Of a stretch of 64,000 bases of DNA, positions 58,949-64,000 are shown piece after piece. The position numbers and the translations under genes were made by a program. Positions within the stretch are counted from its first letter, which is position 1. Every line of letters starts with the position of its first letter. The notes below the pieces were generated by a model. The model did no database searches, had not been told where the DNA came from, and worked only from the letters and a program-made list of their open reading frames with translations. The DNA lies in contig JAMOSL010000028.1 in assembly GCA_027063105.1 (NCBI GenBank), positions 2,886 to 66,885 of the forward strand. Reading direction: 5' to 3'. Source of the DNA: Campylobacteraceae bacterium (GTDB lineage: Bacteria > Campylobacterota > Campylobacteria > Campylobacterales > Sulfurovaceae).

Positions 58949-59751
58949 TGAAAAATATTAAATATTTACTTCTAAGAAGAGTATCACAGTTTACAATTTT
59001 GTTTCTTTATTTTGGTGCTAATGCTTATGGTTGGCATATGTTAGAGGGAACATTCGGGGCTTCAAGATTATTTGGTTTTATACCATTATCTGATCCATAT
59101 ATGGTTATACAAGTATTAGCAAGTGGATTTGTATTAGGTGTTGATGTTCTTTTGGGTGCATTGATAATCATTCTATTCTATATGATAGTGGGAGGACGAG
59201 CTTTTTGTAGTTGGGTATGTCCTATTAATATGGTTACAGATTTAGCTAATTGGTTGAGACGGAAATTGAATCTTGATAAAGAAGAGATTAACTATCGTTT
59301 TATAAAAAGACGAGCTAGATACTGGATTATGGTATTAGGTATTATCGTATCAGCTGTTGTTGGAGTTGCTGCTTTTGAAGTTTTAAGTCCTATCACAATT
59401 ATGCAAAGAGGTATTATCTTTGGTTTTGGTGCAGGGATAGCTGTGGTAATTGCCATATTCCTTTTTGATTTGTTTGGAATTAAAAATGGTTGGTGTGGAC
59501 ATTTATGTCCTTTAGGTGCTACATATTCTATTATTGGAAAGACTAGTTTAATAAGAGTTGACCATAATCATGAGAATTGTACAAATTGTATGGATTGTAA
59601 AGTTGTTTGCCCAGAAAATCAAGTGTTATATATGATAAATAAGGAGAGTATCATGGTTACAGATGGAGAGTGTACCAATTGTGGTCGCTGTATAGATGTT
59701 TGTAATGACGATGCTCTAGAATTTAATATTAGAAATTTTATAAAAAAATAG
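58948..59751 (+). CDS. napH: Membrane quinol-dehydrogenase subunit NapH
   Basis: 267 aa with four TM helices, two CxxxCP motifs (CSWVCPIN, CGHLCPLG) and two C-terminal 4Fe-4S motifs. Confidence 0.9.
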   Translation: MKNIKYLLLRRVSQFTILFLYFGANAYGWHMLEGTFGASRLFGFIPLSDPYMVIQVLASGFVLGVDVLLGALIIILFYMIVGGRAFCSWVCPINMVTDLANWLRRKLNLDKEEINYRFIKRRARYWIMVLGIIVSAVVGVAAFEVLSPITIMQRGIIFGFGAGIAVVIAIFLFDLFGIKNGWCGHLCPLGATYSIIGKTSLIRVDHNHENCTNCMDCKVVCPENQVLYMINKESIMVTDGECTNCGRCIDVCNDDALEFNIRNFIKK

Positions 59752-59766
59752 TATAAAGGAGAGATA

Positions 59767-60723
59767 ATGACAAAAGTTTTAAAAGTTATTGCATTAGGTT
59801 CATTAATTGCTACATCTGCATTATATTCAGCAGGAACAGCAGGTTGTCTTGGTTGTCACGGAGCTTCATTTGAGAAAAAAGCAATGGGTAAATCTAAAGT
59901 CGTAAAAGATATGAGTAAAGAGGATATTATCAAATCACTTAATGGCTATAAAGATGGTTCTTATGGTGGAGCTATGAAAGCTATGATGATAGGACAAGTT
60001 AAGTCTTTGGATGCTGCTGCAATTAATGCTTTGGCAGATGCTATTAAAGGTGATTCGGTTGCTCCAGTAGTTGAATCAGCTCCAGTAACAGAGAAAAAGC
60101 TTATAGATATTAATTCTAAAATGAGAGATGCTAAGAGATTAGAGAAAGAAGATTTAGGAAATAAAAAAGAAGTTTCTGAATTAACTTTAGGTCTTAGACA
60201 AACTGATTTATATAGTGAGAAAGATGAAACAACAGGTGTAAAAACTGATTATAGCAGACCAGCACCAGGAAGTTCAACTAAATTTGAAAGAGCTTATGTT
60301 AATGCTCCTCCTATGATACCTCACTCTGTTGATGGACTATTACCTATTATGCAAAATAATAACCAATGTTTAGGCTGTCATATGCCTGAAGTTGCAAAAA
60401 GCATGGGTGCTACACCACTTCCAGTATCTCATTTTACAAATTACAGACCAGAAACTGTACTTAATAAAGATGGTGAATTGCTAAAAGAGGGTAAAATTGT
60501 TGGTATCAATAAAGGTGATATGGGTAATGTAAGTGATATAGTTATTGCTAAAGCTAAGAAATCAGATAAACTTTATCAAGGTAGATTTAACTGTTCTCAA
60601 TGTCATGCACCACAATCTAAAACTGATACAGTTGTAGGAAATACATTTGAATCAGATGGTCTTACAGATAAATTAAAGGGTCATTCAAGCCTAGCAGATG
60701 CTATGAATGAGGGTGTTGAGTAG
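59767..60723 (+). CDS. napB: NapB di-haem subunit with an N-terminal cytochrome c553-like mono-haem domain (three CxxCH)
   Basis: 318 aa. CLGCHG...GYKDGSYGGAMKAMM closely resembles Desulfovibrio c553. An approximately 70-aa linker follows. The NapB core is then ERAYVNAPPMIPH, CLGCHM and CSQCHA. Confidence 0.85.
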   Translation: MTKVLKVIALGSLIATSALYSAGTAGCLGCHGASFEKKAMGKSKVVKDMSKEDIIKSLNGYKDGSYGGAMKAMMIGQVKSLDAAAINALADAIKGDSVAPVVESAPVTEKKLIDINSKMRDAKRLEKEDLGNKKEVSELTLGLRQTDLYSEKDETTGVKTDYSRPAPGSSTKFERAYVNAPPMIPHSVDGLLPIMQNNNQCLGCHMPEVAKSMGATPLPVSHFTNYRPETVLNKDGELLKEGKIVGINKGDMGNVSDIVIAKAKKSDKLYQGRFNCSQCHAPQSKTDTVVGNTFESDGLTDKLKGHSSLADAMNEGVE

Positions 60724-61250
60724 TGGCAAGTAGAAGAGATTTATTTAACTCTTTTACAAAACCTTTACGACAAAATCAAGAGGAGGATATTCCCCTCTTG
60801 ATTAGACCACCTTATGGAAAAGATGAATCTATTTTTCAGAGTGAGTGTCCAAGTTGTGAAAGTAAAGCTTGTGTTGCTTCTTGTGATGAGAAGATTATCT
60901 TTATTAGTGATGATGGTACACCAACATTAGATTTTTCTAAAAATGGTTGTACTTTTTGTGATGAGTGTGCTAATGTTTGTGAGAAAGATATTTTATCTTT
61001 GAAAAATATAGATACTTCTGAAAAATTAAATGCAATGTTTAAAATATCATTAGAGGGTTGTGTAGCTCATCACGGAGTTATCTGTTATTCTTGTAAGGAA
61101 CCTTGTATTGATGATGCAATTTTATTTAATGGAATGTTTAATCCTATAATAGATGAAGATAAATGTACAGGTTGTGGCTTCTGTATGCCACGATGTCCGG
61201 TTAAAGCAATAGATTATGTAGTTTTAGAATTAAAGGAGAATAAAGAATGA
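60723..61250 (+). CDS. napF: Cytoplasmic Fe-S maturation protein NapF
   Basis: 175 aa with a GTG start, SRRDLF, and several ferredoxin-type Cys motifs (CTFCDECANVC; CTGCGFCMPRCP). Confidence 0.85.
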   Translation: MASRRDLFNSFTKPLRQNQEEDIPLLIRPPYGKDESIFQSECPSCESKACVASCDEKIIFISDDGTPTLDFSKNGCTFCDECANVCEKDILSLKNIDTSEKLNAMFKISLEGCVAHHGVICYSCKEPCIDDAILFNGMFNPIIDEDKCTGCGFCMPRCPVKAIDYVVLELKENKE

Positions 61251-61585
61251 GTTTATCAATAAAGTATCCAAAGATATTTGAGAAGTTAGAAGACAAGGAT
61301 TTAGAGTTAAGGCATCTTTTAGGTATTGATGAAAATTATGAAGATTATGATTCAGAAGAATATGATTTTAATTTTGAAGATTATAATTTTGTTTTATATA
61401 TTGCTGAGCCAATTCAAAATATATTAGGCGAAGATAAAATGAATAAATTATTAGTAAAACTAAGTGAAAATAATTTATTTGAGAATTTTCGAGCAGATGA
61501 GATAGATTTGTATGGAGTTAAAACTGTTCTAAATGAAAATGAATTATCAACTTTATTATTAGATCAGATAGAAAATATTATATGA
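61247..61585 (+). CDS. Acidic 112-aa protein of unknown function inserted in the nap operon
   Basis: 4-nt overlaps with both napF and napL. About 30% of residues are Asp/Glu, there is no Cys and no signal peptide. Confidence 0.6.
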   Translation: MSLSIKYPKIFEKLEDKDLELRHLLGIDENYEDYDSEEYDFNFEDYNFVLYIAEPIQNILGEDKMNKLLVKLSENNLFENFRADEIDLYGVKTVLNENELSTLLLDQIENII

Positions 61586-62532
61586 GAAAGATATTTATTC
61601 CTCTAATATTAATATCAATAACTTGGGCAGTTCCTACAATAATACCAACCTCAATTATAGATATAAATGGAACTGTAAAAGATATGGTGTTAGATGGTGA
61701 TAATTTAATAGTAGCTACTGATATGGGGCATATAGAGGTTATTAATACTATAAATAATAAAAAGATTAGAGATATAAATATTCCTGATATTAAAGATTTT
61801 GTGGGTGATGTAACACCTGCTAGAGTTATGAGTAGTGATGTCATTAATAATAAATATTTACTTCTTAGTGATAGTGGGAAAAGTGGATATACAAATTTAT
61901 TTATTTATGAGAATAATTTAACTCAAATATTATCACCAAAAAATAAGAATACAATTATTAAAGCAAGATTTATAGACAGCACACATATTCTTTTAGGTTA
62001 TTTAAGTAATGAAGTTTCACTTTTAGATTTAACAACTAAAGAAGAAAAATATAAAGTTCAACTAAGTGAATCCAAATTTTCTGATTTTGCTTTAAATGAA
62101 GATAAAAGTAAAGTAGTTTTTGCTTGTGAGAGTGGCATACTAAACTTAGTAGATGTTAAGAGTGGCAAGATATTAAAAGAGTTAAAAGGTCAAAATGTAG
62201 ACAATGTTTATAGAGTTGATTTTAAAAACAACATTATATCAGGTGCAGGTCAAGATAGAAGAGGTTCGATATATAGTGCTTCTAGTGGAAGAGGAAGTTA
62301 TATTACAGGAGACTTCTTAATATATTCAACAGCCTTAAGTCCAAATAGTTCTAAAGTGGCATTTTCAATGGACGAAAAGAATAATATATCAATCTATAAT
62401 AGACTTAGCAAATCAAAAATAGCAATATTAAAAGGTCAGAGAAGTACTCTAAATGCTATAATATTTAAAGATGAAACAAGAATATTTTCATCTAGCGATG
62501 ATAGTAGTATAATGGTATGGGATTTAAAATAA
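61582..62532 (+). CDS. napL: Periplasmic beta-propeller protein NapL
   Basis: 316 aa with a signal peptide (MRKIFIPLILISITWA) and a WD40-like repeat pattern (the last repeat ends SSDDSSIMVWDL). It occupies the expected position between napF and napD. Confidence 0.75.
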   Translation: MRKIFIPLILISITWAVPTIIPTSIIDINGTVKDMVLDGDNLIVATDMGHIEVINTINNKKIRDINIPDIKDFVGDVTPARVMSSDVINNKYLLLSDSGKSGYTNLFIYENNLTQILSPKNKNTIIKARFIDSTHILLGYLSNEVSLLDLTTKEEKYKVQLSESKFSDFALNEDKSKVVFACESGILNLVDVKSGKILKELKGQNVDNVYRVDFKNNIISGAGQDRRGSIYSASSGRGSYITGDFLIYSTALSPNSSKVAFSMDEKNNISIYNRLSKSKIAILKGQRSTLNAIIFKDETRIFSSSDDSSIMVWDLK

Positions 62533-62544
62533 TAAAGGGAAAAA

Positions 62545-62910
62545 ATGAATATTTCAAGTATAGTAGTACAAGCACCATCAGATAATATAGATGCATTAGT
62601 AGAACTTTTTACAGAAGCAGATTATTGTGATTACCATTTCCACGATAAAGAAAGAGGAAAGATTATTCTTACAATAGAAGGTAAAGATGTTGGGGAAGAG
62701 ATTAAGAAATTAGTTAAAATCCAAGAATTACCCCAAGTTATGGCAGCAGATATGATGCAAACCTACCAAGAAGACCAACTGGATGAAGAGATAAAACTAA
62801 TGAACGAACAAGATTTCGTACCAGAAGTTCTGCAAAGAGAAGATATAGACATAAGAGATATTGTTTATAATGGAGATTTAAAAAAGAAAGATTTTTTAGG
62901 TGGAATTTAA
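62545..62910 (+). CDS. napD: NapA chaperone NapD
   Basis: 121 aa. MNISSIVVQ...ILTIEG....EIKKLVKIQELPQV fits the NapD fold pattern. It has an acidic C-terminal tail. Confidence 0.8.
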   Translation: MNISSIVVQAPSDNIDALVELFTEADYCDYHFHDKERGKIILTIEGKDVGEEIKKLVKIQELPQVMAADMMQTYQEDQLDEEIKLMNEQDFVPEVLQREDIDIRDIVYNGDLKKKDFLGGI

Positions 62911-62988
62911 TTAGAAAATAGAAAGATTCAAGAAAGTTTTAAATAGCGATATGCTATAACCTTTTTAATTATAAAAATAGGAATAGAT

Positions 62989-63765
62989 ATGAGCGAAATA
63001 TTAAAAATTGGAAAATATGAATTAGGAAGTAGACTAATTGTTGGTAGTGGGAAATATGATAGTTTTCAAACAACACTAGATGCAACCTTAGCAAGTGGTA
63101 GTGAGTTAATTACAGTAGCAGTAAGAAGAGTCAATATTACTAATCCAAATGAAGAAAATTTAATGAGTTATTTTAAAGATACTAGCGTTAAATTTTTACC
63201 AAATTCAGCAGGTTGTACAACAGCAGAAGATGCTATTACTCTTTTTAGACTTACAAGAGAAGCAACAGGAATTGATTTAATCAAGTTAGAAGTTATTGGG
63301 GACACTCAAAAAACTTTATATCCTGATGTATTAGAGACTATTAAAGCTTGTGAAATTTTGGCAAAAGATGGATTCACAATTATGGCATATACAAGCGATG
63401 ATCCAATTATAGCTAAAAGATTAGAAGATGCTGGAGCACATGCAATTATGCCTTTAGCAGCACCTATTGGTTCAGGACTTGGTATTCAAAATAAATTTAA
63501 TATTCATTTTATTAGAGAAGCTGTTAGCGTACCTGTTATTGTTGATGCTGGAATTGGATGTGCTAGTGATGCAAGTGTAGCTATGGAGTTAGGTGCTGAT
63601 GGTGTTCTTACAAATACAGCTATCGCTCAAGCTAAAAATCCTATGCTAATGGCAGAAGCTATGAAGTATGCAGTTAAAGCAGGAAGAATGAGTTATGAAG
63701 CAGGAAGAATTGCTAAAAGACCTTATGCGACAGCTTCATCTCCTGTAGATGGAATGATATTCTAA
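62989..63765 (+). CDS. thiG: Thiazole synthase
   Basis: 258 aa with LIVGSGKY...TVAVRR...LPNSAGC...KLEVIGD...DAGIG. Confidence 0.95.
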   Translation: MSEILKIGKYELGSRLIVGSGKYDSFQTTLDATLASGSELITVAVRRVNITNPNEENLMSYFKDTSVKFLPNSAGCTTAEDAITLFRLTREATGIDLIKLEVIGDTQKTLYPDVLETIKACEILAKDGFTIMAYTSDDPIIAKRLEDAGAHAIMPLAAPIGSGLGIQNKFNIHFIREAVSVPVIVDAGIGCASDASVAMELGADGVLTNTAIAQAKNPMLMAEAMKYAVKAGRMSYEAGRIAKRPYATASSPVDGMIF

Positions 63766-63768
63766 AAA

Positions 63769-64000
63769 ATGTATCAATATGATAAAACAAAAAGAGTCTC
63801 TAGTAGATTCTTTTTATTTATACAACTAATATTTCTCTCATTCACTTATATTTTTATATATACAGGATTTATAGCAACTAAACTAGCTATAGAGCAATAT
63901 AATTTATCAAATATATCATTTTTACCAGTGATTTTTTCTATATTCTCTTATCCATATATGTTATATTTATCTAAGGTATTATATATGAAAAGTGGTAAAT
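63769..64000 (+). CDS. Partial ORF (5' end) of a membrane protein, running off the window
   Basis: ATG at 63769, open to the window end (77 codons), with two hydrophobic segments. No family recognised. Confidence 0.35.
   Translation, partial: MYQYDKTKRVSSRFFLFIQLIFLSFTYIFIYTGFIATKLAIEQYNLSNISFLPVIFSIFSYPYMLYLSKVLYMKSGK

Noticed and set aside
61578-61844. 88-aa minus-strand ORF; also 58611-58796 (+) inside napG.
   Set aside because: The 88-aa ORF is antisense to the napL 5' end. The napL frame has a signal peptide and operon coupling, so this ORF is rejected as spurious.
62911-62988. Possible TPP riboswitch upstream of thiG.
   Set aside because: There are only 78 nt, with no CUGAGA or ACCUGAUCUGG-type conserved elements. 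Only a weak 5-bp hairpin (62943-62957) is present.

Overview
AT-rich chromosomal segment whose gene content and synteny point to a Campylobacterota (epsilonproteobacterial) genome, probably an Arcobacter- or Sulfurimonas-like sulfide-oxidising nitrate reducer. This is inferred from protein signatures only; no database search was run.

Gene order:
- 111-17530 (-): a 15-gene complex I (nuo) operon. The nuoE and nuoF slots hold a Cys-free 100-aa protein and a 669-aa NuoF-tail/GltD-type flavoprotein, and nuoG is present as two tandem paralogs.
- 17721-23656: dnaG, a WecA-like initiating glycosyl-phosphate transferase, an MFS transporter, an RDD protein, an outer-membrane beta-barrel protein and thyX.
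- 23718-28167: der, convergent with the str operon (rpsL-rpsG-fusA).
- 28223-40938: a tightly packed, visibly more AT-rich Wzx/Wzy-type surface-glycan locus directly upstream of rpsL. It contains a LicA/LicC/LicD-like phospho-headgroup module whose nucleotidyltransferase is fused to a PLP (class I/II aminotransferase-fold) domain. It also contains three O-acyl/acetyl functions and a recombination scar: duplicated fcl 5' region, a degraded fcl fragment and a remnant of the neighbouring gene's 3' end.
- 40935-46575: an ACC-deaminase/DcyD-family gene, fba, a Lys-rich periplasmic protein, a PEB4-like parvulin PPIase, nth and dbpA.
- 46594-48330: miaA, which has no ATG/GTG/TTG start and lies in frame behind the TAG stop of a membrane-anchored, active-site-degenerate peptide-deformylase homolog.
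- 48706-54882: sqr, an orphan family-5 solute-binding protein, and a globin / metallophosphoesterase lipoprotein / XpaC-like operon.
- 55269-62910 (+): a nap operon, napA-G-H-B-F-(extra acidic ORF)-L-D. It is preceded by a perfect TTGAT-N4-ATCAA box, and its NapB carries an N-terminal cytochrome c553-like domain (three haems in total).
- 62989-64000: thiG and a partial membrane ORF.

I found no rRNA, tRNA, CRISPR array, transposase or integrase. All functional calls rest on motifs read from the translations; none was confirmed by a search.
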